Program-made: the position numbers and the translations under genes
The notes under the pieces: generated by a model
The model's input: the letters and a program-made list of their open reading frames with translations, nothing else
The model's database searches: none
What the model was told of the DNA's origin: nothing
Shown: positions 28,596-40,606 of the stretch, one piece after another
Layout: each line of letters begins with the position of its first letter
Position numbering within the stretch: the stretch's first letter is position 1
NCBI GenBank assembly: GCA_051294375.1
Contig: CM119269.1
Location: 9,175,931 to 9,239,930 of the forward strand
Direction of reading: 5' to 3'
From: Paraspadella gotoi
Lineage: Eukaryota > Animalia > Chaetognatha
DNA: 64,000 nucleotides

Positions 28596-29063
28596 ATATT
28601 CGTAATTATTTAAGTAAAAGTTCCGTTTCAATCGCATGAAATTTTTTAATCACACTTTTATTGAGTTTTCACTTGACTTCTAGTGAGATTCCCTTTCTTC
28701 GTCCTTTCATTTCTGTTTCACAGAAATTCACAGAAATGACTGACTTCAGCGAATTGACTCTCGTCGCCCGCAGATTTGAGTTTCTATGACGAACCGGGAC
28801 TTTTGATCCGAATTATTTTTAGTTCCTTAATTGTAACAATTTAACATTTGAACAATTATTCCAAACTGTTGCATGCAGAGAAATTAATTTTAAATTAATT
28901 TTAAATTAAAATAAGAAATATAAAAAAAAACAAAAAAAAAAACTTTGAGAGTGATTTGAAATTAAAAAAACAAAAAAAAAAAAAAAACAAACTTGAAACG
29001 AAATTAAATCAGGAAGAAAAAACCAAAACAAAAACAATCAAAAACAAAAAAACCAAAAACAAG

Positions 29064-31408
29064 ATGACGTCCTCCTCCAACGAGATGTTCGATCAGCTCG
29101 ACAACCTCGACTCTCGAAGTCTCGACGAAATGACGCCGCTCCTCGATCGCCATCGCCGAATCAAGCGCCAGATCGCCGCCATGTACGGAGCCGATTCTCC
29201 GGAAATGGGAGAATTCTTGCGGCGCCACGGAAGCGCTTTCGCCGAGGCGGGATGGCCGGCGCGCGTGGAGAAGGCGTGGCGCGGCGTCGTGGCTGAAGGC
29301 GGCGTCGGCGTCGAGATCCTCGTCTGTCTTTTGGACGTCTGCGAAGAATTCGGGCGTCATTCGGCGCACTTTCTTCTGGCGACGGCGCGGGCGACACGTT
29401 TGGCGGCGCTGTGGGCGAATGGCGCCGCCGCCGTCGCTCGAGTCGTCGTTAATGAGATGGAGGAAGAGGACGCAGAGTTCGAGGCGCTGGTCAATCAGTT
29501 GTCGGCGTCGTCGGGTGCGGCTGGTGCGGCGGGGGCAGCGGCGGCTGGTGCGGCGGGGGCAGCGGCGGCGAGCCTCTCCAATTCCCGCAAGGGGTCTCTC
29601 TTTCTTCAGTTCGAAAATCCTGGGGGAGAATTTCTTTTCGTTTTGCTTCGAAATCTCCTCGTTCTTCTTCCCGAGGCAGTTTTTGATTTTGGAAAGTTTA
29701 GGTAACCCTTACTTTTCTTTACTTTTCTATTTTTCTTCTCTTCTTACTTTTCTTTTTTTTTTCTCCTCTCTTTCCTTTTTTAATTTTTTTCTGTCATTAC
29801 TTTAATATTTTTCCTTCACCTCGTTTCTATTTTCTGCTTATCTATCAATTTTTTTTCGCACGATTCTTTTCTTTCCTTGCCTTTTCTTTTTATGTCTTTT
29901 CCTTCTTTTTTTTATTATTTAATTTCCTCTATTTTCTTTTCTCTTTTCTTTTTTTATCCTTTCTCCACTTTTTGATTTTTCTTCTTCCTCCCCTTATCTT
30001 TCCCCGACACCTCTATCCCACCCTTCATCCTTCAGGCACACCCTATTCAAGATGGTGGATAGCTTCGTCACGGCCTGCGCCCGCATGGCCTCCTCCATCT
30101 CCGATCCCCTTCTCTTCCTCTTCCTCAATCTCCTCGTCCAGACGTCCACGACGACGGAGTTGAGCAACTTTGGGAATCCCCAACGGGTCGTCGAGAAAAA
30201 GGTGCGAGGGAGATGCAGAAGGAGATGCAGGGGATGATGCGGATACTCAAAGACAGATGCTGAGGCAGGTGCGGAAGAATATCTAGACACAGCAGCAAAT
30301 TAAAAAGCAGAAGCAGGTTTAGTTGCCATGGAGATAGAAATGCAGAGGCAGATGTACCAAAAAGTCATTAAAGGTAGAATCTTTTAATTCGTTGCGTTTG
30401 GAATTAGAATAGAGTTTGTTTATCCAAAATTAACTAATGAGGTTTACATCTAACCTAATCTGTTTTATCGTTTTTATGAAAAAGCTATCACAAATTCATT
30501 ATCACAAATCCATCCTCTTCACTCACCAATGGCTTTCTTATTCACAGATCACTGATCGGCTTCTAAAAGAGTTGGGTTCCATCATCTCCGACTTCACTAC
30601 GACACAAAAATGGCCGACGAGACTGGAGTGGATCATCGCTGCCCTCAACCGCGTCGCCTCTCTGCCCGACAACGTCGTCGCCCTACACGAGGCGGGAATG
30701 TCCGCCAAATACTTGGACGCCGTCGACAAGGTCGGGCTGAATAGAATACGTAGAAAATAAACGTTTAAAATATTAATTTGTCAGATTTAATTTTTTTGCT
30801 GATGAAACTTCAAAATTCAAATTAAATTTTAACGCTTTTTTTTCCGTTTTAAACGTAAAATATTAACAAAAATGATTTTAAATCTATAAAAAAAAACTTT
30901 CCTCAATTTTGAATTATTGTTAATATTCAGAATATATAACAACGAGTAATTTTTTAACATTTTTTTAATTTAATCATATTTTTAGCTAATCATAGTTTAA
31001 ATTTGAATATCACCGAAGAAAACAAAAATGTTGACAACGGTTGCCAGAAATAAAGCAAAACTAAATTTATTCAAATCTAAAGTAACTTAAAGTTAATCGA
31101 AACTTTTTTGCTAATTAATTAATAATTAATAACCTTAATCATCATTGTCATCATCTTGAGGTGGCGGAGGACGACAACGTCAAGAGTCTCCTCTACGAAG
31201 GACTCTGGCGTCTCTCCATGGACGACAATGTCCGATTCGAGATCAAGCAGCATTTCGAGAATCAGCCTCTGAGCGCCGGAGACGACGCCGGTGCTGCCGC
31301 CGCCACCACCGCTGGGGCAGCCGAAGGGAATAAAAAGGCGCCAGCTTTTTTGAAAGGCTTACTGTTTCAGCTGGAACTAAGCGAGTTTCATCGCCAGGAG
31401 GTTATGAA

Positions 31409-31441
<33 letters not shown>

Positions 31442-33894
31442 CATGATGATGATGATGATGATGATTGATGATGAGTGAGGATTGATGAATGATGCATGAT
31501 GACCCGATGAAATTGATGATGATGATGATGATGATGATGCCGATGTGATGATGTCGATACTGACACTCTCAACTCTCCCCAGGTCCAAGAGATTGAAGAG
31601 GACCTCAACGATGTGGAGGATCAACAAAACGCCGTCCGCAACCGACGACTCAACCTGGACGAGCTGCTTCGACAAGAGGAAGACCTCGTGAAAGACCTGA
31701 AGGTGGTGACGGAGCGATTCGTGCCCGAGTTGGTGGGCGGAGACGGCCCTTCGCAGCCCGAGCGGCTCGTCCTCCTCTCCAACACCGAAGCCCTGCTCCA
31801 TTTTCACGAGACGACCCTCCTTCCCGTCTTACGAGAGGCTTCGAAGAGGGAGGCGGAGGACGACTTCCTCGAGGCAGTCCTCTTCTTGCACGAGGCTTTC
31901 CTCGAGCAGACGCCTCGACTCACGGCGCTCTACACGAGGAACTCGAGGAATAGCGCCGCTTCCTTCAAGATGATCGACAAGTACAAGAACTGGCTGGAAG
32001 AGAAGACGGCGGCGTTAGCCGTGGAACACGCCGTCAAGCCGTTGCGGCACTACCTGCAAAGGCCGAGGGCCCGAGCGAGTCAGTATCACTCGCAGGTTGT
32101 TTGGGGAGCGGGCTTTTACTATTTCCGCAATCAATCAATCGGTGTAACAATTAACAATTATCAATTAATCAATTATTCCCTTTTCATGCATAAATCAATT
32201 AATCTATAAATCAATCAATCAATCAATCAATCAACGAATCCTATTCAGATCAGCAAGCTCATCCACGACTCGGAGCTTTGCCGCGAAAGCGACGAGTCCG
32301 ACTCTGACGACATACTCGAGATTCTCCGCAAGATCAACTCCCTCGTCAAGACCCTCGCCAAGAAGATCGACTTGGCGAAGGAGTTGGGCCGCATCCAGGA
32401 TCTAGAGGAGACCAACCTCGAGCGGATGGGGGACGTTATAGACGTGAGTCATATCTCTTGGGCCAAGTTGGACGTCGTCTACGAACAGCTGAGCAGCTTG
32501 GTCAGTCAGAATGCGGAAGCGCAACACTTCAAGAGCGCGCTGACTCATTTGGTCAAGAAGACGCCCAGGTGAATCGGGATTTTGAAAAAAAAACATACTA
32601 ACGTCCCCTTCCCAAACTGATAAATAATATTATATTTAAATATTTTATACAAAAATATTTTAACAAACAAAACAAATCATAAATAATAGTTATTTTAAAT
32701 TTAAAAAAAAAATAAAGATAGTGAAACAAGTAATTTTACAACTTTCATGCTTATGTGATCATCACGTCGAATTTGAATTCCCTTGAGAGTAAGTTAAATA
32801 AGCAAAACAAAGGGTCTTGCAAATGCTATTGCTTTTGGTATTGCTATAATTAGGAACCGAGCCAGCTTGTTTGTCAAAGCCCGTCTTGGCGAGATTAAGT
32901 GAAGGCTCAACTTCTTTGTGTCGTCGTCTCGTCTGGCGTCGTTATCTCAGCGTCACGCTTTTTTAACTTCATGGGTTCTGAAAGTGTGAGTTGAAAGAGG
33001 AGATGAAAATTTAGATAAAGCTTCTAATATCAAGATCTTTGAAATTGTCATGTTTCGTATTTGTTTATGTTTTATTTACAAACAAAAACGTTTTAATTAT
33101 ATATCGCTCTCTCTCTCTCTCTCTTTTAATTATATGTCGCTCTCTCCTCTTTTTTTTTCCGTCACTGCTTCTTCTGATTTGTTCTTAAATAATCATCTCT
33201 TACAGCTCTCTCTTTCTTTTTTTTTCTGAATAGGGGATGTACCTCTCAATGGGGTCAGTCAAAAATTTAGAATGAGAACATGCTCAAACGAATATTTATA
33301 CATTTTTAAGTACACTTTCAATGTACAAACACAATTTTATATTGCTCTATACCCAAATATTTATTTTTTAATATTTATTTATAGAAAGGAAAGGAGTTGG
33401 ACCCTTTTCAGATTCGTCTAAAAACGAGTTCAGCTCTGCAGCGGCGGTCCAGCGGCTGTCCAGCTTCTCTCTATCTTTAAACCCGTCTTGGCTAGATTTT
33501 GGATCGCTTTAGATTTTTGTGACGTCGTCGTCGTCGTTGTCATCGTCGTCGTCTATATCTGCGTCGGCGTCACGCTTTTTCTCTTTCTCTCTCTCTTTCA
33601 CTCATACACGTATTTTTAAATTTTTTTTTTATTTAAGATGAATGATTTATCATGTCAATGAATGACTATCATCCCATCAATGAATGATTATTATCACAAC
33701 AATGAATGACTATCATCACATCAATCATTTGGTTATCATCGCATCAATTATTGGTTATTGGTTATCATCAGATCAATTTTTTGTCTTTTTTTAAATTTTT
33801 GCGAGATCACTATTCTTTTTAGATTTTTTAAAATTTGTTTTTACCAATTTCATATTTCGTATTTGCTCTCTCTCTCTCTCTCTCCTCTCTCTCT

Positions 33895-33931
<37 letters not shown>

Positions 33932-35518
33932 CCAATCCCCTATTCCAGACTGGTTTCCTCATGGAAAAGGGTGTTCTGTTCTGCGAAGAGTTGGGCTCGA
34001 AAAAGGAACGATCTCCACTCAAGATCTACCGACAGATCATGTCGTACCACGACTTTAAGTTCCGTCCCCTTTTATTCGAGAAGAACGAGGCCTTCCCTCG
34101 TCTGCTGCTGCTGCATACTAAGCCAGCGCTGCAGCCGCAGCAGCCCGCGGAGAATCACGCCTACTTGATGAAGTTCGGATCGAAGGAAAGGTTCGACGTT
34201 TGGTCGAACCAGTTGTCGTCGTTCGAAGCGGAAAAAAAAGCAATGATGAATTTTCTCGCCAATCCAACAGTCCTCGGTGCCGGCGCCGCCCCGCCCACCC
34301 GTTACGCCGGTTCCACGCTGCGAAAAAAGCGGCGCAGCTCCGCCGGCAAGCACCGCGGCGGCGCTGTCACCGCTGTAGGCGACGCCGATTCGGCGTCGGC
34401 GACGATCGAACCTAAATTCGACTTCGCCGTCGTTCACGCGGGTCAAGTCGGTGGCGCCGTTGCTACGGCGCTTTGGGACGTCCTCCGCAACGCCGATCTC
34501 CGCGTCTGGGCGGACGCGACGCAGGAAAAGAGCGCCGGGACGCCGGATCTGGACGAGGCGGCGAAAAACGTCGCCGTGTCTTCGAAAATCGTCGTCGTCT
34601 TGACGGAAGAGTTGAAGCGAGACGTCTTCTGCCAGAGTCTCCTTCTTTTCGCCGCTGGCGCCGCCAAGCGGCACTACTTTCTGTGCGCGGAGTCCGGCGC
34701 GGCGCTGGATGGATGGTTGAGCGGCGTCTTTGGCGGAGGGCGACGTGGCGGCGTCGCGACCAGCGTCGTTTTGGACGTCGTCGTCGGCGGCGTCGGGGAT
34801 GTTTACAAAGACGCGGAAGGATTGAAGGTTAGAAGTTGAGGGACGAGGTCTGAATGGATTAGATCTGAGTGGATTAGACCTGATTGGATTAGACCTGATT
34901 AAATTCGATGTTTCTGCATTTGAGCTGGTTAGATTAGACTTGATTAAATTAAATCTTACTGCATTCGATCAGAATGGATTAAACCCGGATGGGAATCAAA
35001 TTTTCACTGACCTGATTTCGTGACTAACAGAATCGAAATGACATCTTTCGAAAAGATTCACAGAATTTAGAAGTAAATGTGACATATTGAGAAAGAAAAT
35101 GTGAGAGAGTTTCTCATAAATCTTCACTTTTCAATATCATATTCCTTTTACATTTAGTTTTATTTTTCTAAAGTACTGATCTATCAATCTCCCCCCCCCT
35201 GCCCCGGTCTAGGCGGCGTTGACCCGCGACCGCGTGGCGGCCTCCATCGGGCGTCAACTTCCGGTCCATTGGACTCGTCTCGACGTTCAAAACTGGTTAC
35301 GGCGCCGGGACCTGGAACGCGTCTCGGAGCTGCTGCGAGACGCCGATGGCGCCATGCTGCAACAGCTCGTCAGAGAGTGGCGCCGCTCATCGGATCTCGT
35401 GGCGTCGGCCTTTTGGAAGATGACGAGGGGCGTGGCTCTCGAGGCGGCGTCCACGCTCGTCTTGTATTTGAAGTTTAAGAACGAATTGGAAAGAGTTTAC
35501 GATATGAGCGAAGTTTGA
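29064..35518 (+). CDS. ARM-like/DH(RhoGEF)/PH/TIR/SAM multidomain protein. Exons: 29064-29701, 30036-30201, 30548-30730, 31161-31400, 31583-32095, 32249-32568 (or -32443), 33949-34827, 35213-35518
   Basis: GC-rich open exons with GT-AG introns whose phases match (2,0,0,0,0,?,0); only the exon 6/7 join is ambiguous. ARM-like: YEGLWRLSMDDNVRFEIK...KGLLFQL. DH: RRLNLDELLRQEEDLVKDL, LLSNTEALLHFH, YLQRPRARASQY. PH: TGFLMEKGVLFC...YLMKFGSKERFDVW. TIR: FDFAVVH...LRVWAD...SSKIVVVLT...DGWL. SAM: WTRLDVQNWL...DGAMLQQL...YLKFKNEL. Confidence 0.88.
31640..34266 (+). other. Divergent Dbl-homology plus PH module (Trio/p63RhoGEF-like) within the 29064-35518 gene
   Basis: DH conserved regions CR1, CR2 and CR3 are recognisable in exon 5. 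The PH domain ends in KAMMNFLANP, resembling the FLNALQSP extension of Trio GEF2/p63RhoGEF. Confidence 0.8.
34417..35515 (+). other. TIR_2-type domain followed by a C-terminal SAM domain
   Basis: TIR beta/alpha pattern with the DGWL motif typical of invertebrate ARM-TIR-SAM proteins. SAM WTxxDVxxWL motif in the last exon. Confidence 0.8.
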
Positions 35519-35748
35519 ACGAAAAAACAAAAGGACAATGGGATTATTTTTGGTTTTTATGTAAATTATAGAAATGGTAACTTCTTTTAACCCTGTGGCT
35601 TATGTTCATTTGATGCAAGTTTTATCATTTTTCGATTGTGAAGACTGTAATTTATTTTATTTATATATATGTCGAATGGTATTTATAGTATTTGGGCGAT
35701 GACGTTGTATAATTTTTATATGTTTGTTCGTATGGTTTTGCTTTTTTC

Positions 35749-35754
35749 AATAAA
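35749..35754 (+). terminator. Candidate polyadenylation signal of the 29064-35518 gene
   Basis: First AATAAA ~230 nt after the stop codon, followed by T/GT-rich sequence. Confidence 0.5.
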
Positions 35755-36570
35755 TGGATAATTTAATTTTGTATTTGGTTATTTCATCAAAAACCAAAAA
35801 CTCGAAACGATGAAAAATAAAATTAAAAAAAGAATAAAATTTTTTTAAATATATTGATTAGAAAATGAATAATAGTTGTCGCCTTAAAATCAAGAATTAC
35901 ATAAAAATAAGTAAAAATAAATATTGCGATGACACATAAAGGAAGAATTATTAAAGAAGCAAACAAATAAAGATAGACAAATGAATGATGAAATAAATAA
36001 GTAAATAAATAAATAAATGAATAAAAATGTTAGTAGGGAGAGAAAAATAAACAGAGAAAGAAAAAAAGAAAACAAAAACAGAATAAAACCTAGAGTGAGA
36101 GTGAGTGAAAGCGAGTGAGAGAGAGAGAAATAAAAGATCGGATCCGAAAGAACATAATCCTGTGATAACGGCCGTCTGAAGGCCATCGTGGGCATAAGCA
36201 ATAATCATAGAAAAGCAGTAAACGATTTCGAACCATAAATTCGGAGTAAGATAACGCGAAATAAGCGAGAGAGAGAGAGAGAGAGAGAGAGAAGGGAGAG
36301 AGAGAGGAGAGAGAGAGAGAGAGAGAGAGAGTGAGAAGAGCGAGATATTAAAGACGAAAATTGCATCACAGAGCGATTTAGATTTTTATGGGATCATCGC
36401 CGTTTACACACACAGACAGTCTCTCGCTCTCTAAATATCTCTGTCTCAATCGCACGTGCGCTCGTACGGACTAACGGACGAAAGAAAAAAAAAGGAACCG
36501 AAATAAAACAATTGTTATTTTGTTGATCCAATGGACGAAATAAAATAAGAAAAAAATGATTAAAATTCAC

Positions 36571-36741
<171 letters not shown>

Positions 36742-36829
36742 CAATGTAAAAAAAAATTCCGATGAAATCAAAATTGGTCGAATTGTTTGCTTGGAGTTGG
36801 AGTTGCTTGATAGAATGAAAAATCTGCAA

Positions 36830-37015
36830 TGCGACGGAATTTCTCGGACAAGGAACTTCCGGCGATTTTGCGGTCGAAGTACGTCATAACTATTTCCGGA
36901 TTCCGGATTCCGGATGCGTGGGCGAGTCCGCCTTTCCGTATTCGTTGAGGTTGGCTGGGTGGGGTCAAGTCGGGAAAGGGCGGGCAATGTCGGGAGATGG
37001 GAGTCGGGTAAGGCA
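36830..37015. promoter_or_regulatory. GC-rich promoter-like patch with clustered ETS motifs
   Basis: ACTTCCGG, then TTCCGGA three times in tandem, TACGTCA and GGGCGG within 190 bp. No associated gene identified. Confidence 0.3.
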
Positions 37016-37114
37016 CCACTGTGTTGATTTCCTCTCTCTCTCTCTCTCTTACGATCCTGTGATTGAAAATGTGTTTTATTAACATTATGAGCAGAATAAA
37101 TTAATCAAATCAAT

Positions 37115-37166
<52 letters not shown>

Positions 37167-38166
37167 GCTCTCTCTCTCGCTCTCTCTCTCTCCTCTCTCT
37201 CTCTCAAATTCACCTTTATTATAGAGATCTAGTTTTTCTACTCCCGCCACCGAAATTTAAATTCCTCCTTCCCCACCTTCCATTTCCCCACCTCGCCCTT
37301 ACCCTCTGCTCTCTAACTTACCTTCAGTCTCGTCACGCATTCGCGGCCGCTGGACCGAAAAAGGAAAAAGTCAATCGGGATCCATTTCTCTTTCTCTCTC
37401 TCTTCCTTCTTGGTTTTGAGAGGGGGAGAGGGAGAGGGAGAGNNNNNNNNNNNNNNNNNNNNNNNNNNNNNNNNNNNNNNNNNNNNNNNNNNNNNNNNNN
37501 NNNNNNNNNNNNNNNNNNNNNNNNNNNNNNNNNNNNNNNNNNNNNNNNNNNNNNNNNNNNNNNNNNNNNNNNNNNNNNNNNNNNNNNNNNNNNNNNNNNN
37601 NNNNNNNNNNNNNNNNNNNNNNNNNNNNNNNNNNNNNNNNNNNNNNNNNNNNNNNNNNNNNNNNNNNNNNNNNNNNNNNNNNNNNNCCTATCTCGGGTGT
37701 CAATAGCCGTTCCCTCCCATCCTGTCATTTCCAAATCATCTTCCTTCCATTTATTCCATCCCAATTTTTCTTTTTCTTTTTCCCGCCGTTTGTCCGTCCC
37801 ATGTCGTTTCGGCCACGCCCATCGGACGCTCCACGCCCACTTCCGCTTTTATATCGCGCTCACGATTATTGTTATTGTTATGACGGCGCCGTCAACGACG
37901 ATGACGACGACGAAGGCTTTTGATCGGCGCCCTCTTCGCCAGCGACGCCGGTCACCGGCGCCGGTCACGACGCCGCCGAGTTGTTCCGACGCCGAAGCTT
38001 CATAAACGCCATAACAACGAGCGCCGTTATGTCGTCGTCGTCGTCGTCGTCGGGATCATCATCGTAATTTCGCTAACACACACCTTCTCTCTCTCTTTCG
38101 TGGACAAAGTCGAGCTCGTCTCACCTCCGCGCGACAATAGATACAATAAATAAGGCGAGCGTAAAC

Positions 38167-38204
<38 letters not shown>

Positions 38205-38424
38205 TAAAGCGAGAGTGCGTTCGTGGCTGTAATGAGGGGGAGAGTGAGTGAGTGTTGGGTGAGGACGAGTCCAAGATCAGATGGAAAAGGAAGGGTTGGT
38301 TTCGATTACATAGGGTGGGTGGCGAGGAGTGTAAATGTACCTCAGACTCTCAAATGTTTTTAAAAACGTAAGTGTCAATAAATAGGACACATTTTCTTTG
38401 TTTTGTATGTAACTTTGTTTTTAC

Positions 38425-38592
38425 ACATTCATCCATCCATCCATCCATTCATTCATTCATTCATTCATTCATTCATTCATTCATTCATTCATTCATTCAT
38501 TCATTCATTCATTCATTCATTAATCTATTCATTCATTCATTCATTCGTTTATTCGTTCATTCGTTCATTCATTCATTCATTCATTCATTCTT
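38425..38592. repeat. (TTCA)n/(TCCA)n microsatellite
   Basis: Directly visible. Confidence 0.95.
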
Positions 38593-40480
38593 CCATTATT
38601 TATCTCACCGGTCCATTCTTAATGCTCCACTGATTCCCTGCAGCACTAAAGCACATCGTGCAATATTGTCTGTAAGGCTGTCACACTGCGCCATACGGCC
38701 AATACGTGTCGGAATGAGTAAGAGGCAAAGTGGACCATAAGAAGGGAAGATTGGGGGCGAGTGAGTGAAGGGTAAGGGAGTGAAGGGTGAAGGGTGAAGG
38801 GTAAGGAAGGGAAAGCGGAGAAATGATTGAAGAGAAGGTTATCTTTGCTATCATCATATCTTTTGTCGACGGAGAATAAGACGACGACGACGACGACGAC
38901 GACGACATTACGGGTCATTTTCGCTCTCCGATCCGCGACGACGAAAAATGAGATGACGGTTAAAACGACAACGAAAACGCAGTTGACGGGGAAAAAGAGG
39001 AAATAGAAGGTGGAATGACGGGAAAGGGGAAAACGGGAAAGTCAAAAATAGGGGGAGATTATTTGGCGGGAAATGGGAAAATGGAATGGCGGGAAACGGG
39101 GGAAAAAAACATGACGAGTGAAAGAAAAAGCACAATATTAAAAAGGAGAAAACATGAATAATGGAATAAAACAAAAGGTGGTTAAAAACTATAACGTACG
39201 ATAAAAAAATAGTTTGTACTAGAACTTGTAATGAAAATCGTATTGGCTTAAACTTATATTTAAGGTTGGGGAACTACTTATCCATCTCACCTAAGGTTAA
39301 TAACTGAAGTAGATTAACGTTTCGACTAATTAACCATTCAACTTTCTTGTTGACTGACTGACTGAGTAACTGACTGACTGACTGATTGAAAATACAAAGA
39401 AAAGCAAAAAAAATTTTTGTTTCGTCGATTTAAAATTTTGTTTTAGTCATCTCATGATTCGATTCGGAAGTTTGGGACATGGACAGATAGGAAGATAGGA
39501 AAAGAAAGAGTTTAAGAGAGGGACGGAGAGGGACAGAGAAAGGGGGAGAGCGGGAGAGGGATAGAGAGGGAGAGAGGGAGAGGAAGAGATAAAAAGATAA
39601 AAATGGGACAAAGAGAAGAAAGAGAAATGAGGAGGTCAAGTATCTCGCAGGAAAGAAAAGAAGAAATAAAACGAGAAAGAAAGTTAAAGAAAAAAAAAGG
39701 AAAAAGGGAAATCGTCAAATAAAAAGTCATCGACGCGGAATCGATTCGATTTCGGAAAATGGGAGGAATGGAGGAAAGGAAAGAGAGGAAAGGAAAGGGA
39801 AGGAAGGAGAGGGAGGGAAAAAATTGGAGTAGAGTAAAAAGAAGGAGGAGGAAAGGAAAGAGAGAAAAAGAAAGGGAAGAAAAGAAAGGGAAGAAAGGAA
39901 ATGTAAGAAAAAAGAAGAGGGAAGAAAAGAAAAAAAATGGAGCGAGAAGAAGAAAAGAAGGAAAAAGAAAAAAGAAAAGTATGAGAAGGAAAATAAATCA
40001 TTAACAGTCATTAACCAATAATAAACTGATGCGAATTTAACGAATTTTACTTAAAATTTTCCGTAAGTTAAATTTCACTCTTGCTCAATAATGCTAAATA
40101 CATAATAGACTCACGATAAAAATGACGAGGGCGACGACGAAGACGACGACGACGACGACAACGATTAGGACGACAGGCATTAAATCAAAAAAGACCGTTA
40201 AGTCAAGTCAAGTCAAGTCAAGACCGTTAAGATAGTAATAGATTCAATACTTAATAAAATTTAATCACGCAGCCGTCGTAGTCGTTGTCGTCGTCGTAGT
40301 CGTCGTCATCGTCGTTGTCGTCGTCGTCGTTGATAGAAAATAAAAAGATTAAAAAAAAATAAAACAAGAAGACGAACGAAATTTAAATAAGAAATGAATA
40401 TCAAATCATAGGGAGAGGGAAGCCAGTTACTCCGGGAGTGAATGAACGAGACTATGAGTCTTGATTGAAGGCTTGAAGGG

Positions 40481-40606
40481 ACCTGTTACGTCATTATCTA
40501 GTAAGAGTGATGGAGGCCTTAAACCACCAAAGCCTGTCCAAAGTCAGGGGCAAGATTTATTTATTAAATGAATGGATAATTTTTTAATTTGGTTGTACCA
40601 ATTTCC
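40481..40606 (+). mobile_element. Short dispersed repeat family (copies at 40481-40606 and 63086-63183, split copy at 59944-60015 + 60930-60985, fragment at ~53905)
   Basis: Shared left end CCTGYTAYGTCATT and shared right end TTATTTATTRAAxGAATGRAxAATT...TTGGTTGTA(CCAATTT). Confidence 0.7.

Noticed and set aside
28956-29063. Lys-rich N-terminal extension given by the ORF track
   Set aside because: A-rich low-complexity leader starting at TTG. The first ATG and coding-like composition begin at 29064.
31401-31545. Poly-Met tract in ORF 31161-31478
   Set aside because: Intronic (GAT)n microsatellite after the donor at 31400.
34072-34674. 200-aa antisense ORF
   Set aside because: Shadow of GC-rich exon 7 of the plus-strand gene.
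29064-35518. Calling the gene SARM1 or TRIO
   Set aside because: Domain order differs from SARM1 (single SAM after TIR) and Trio's Sec14, spectrin and SH3 domains are absent.
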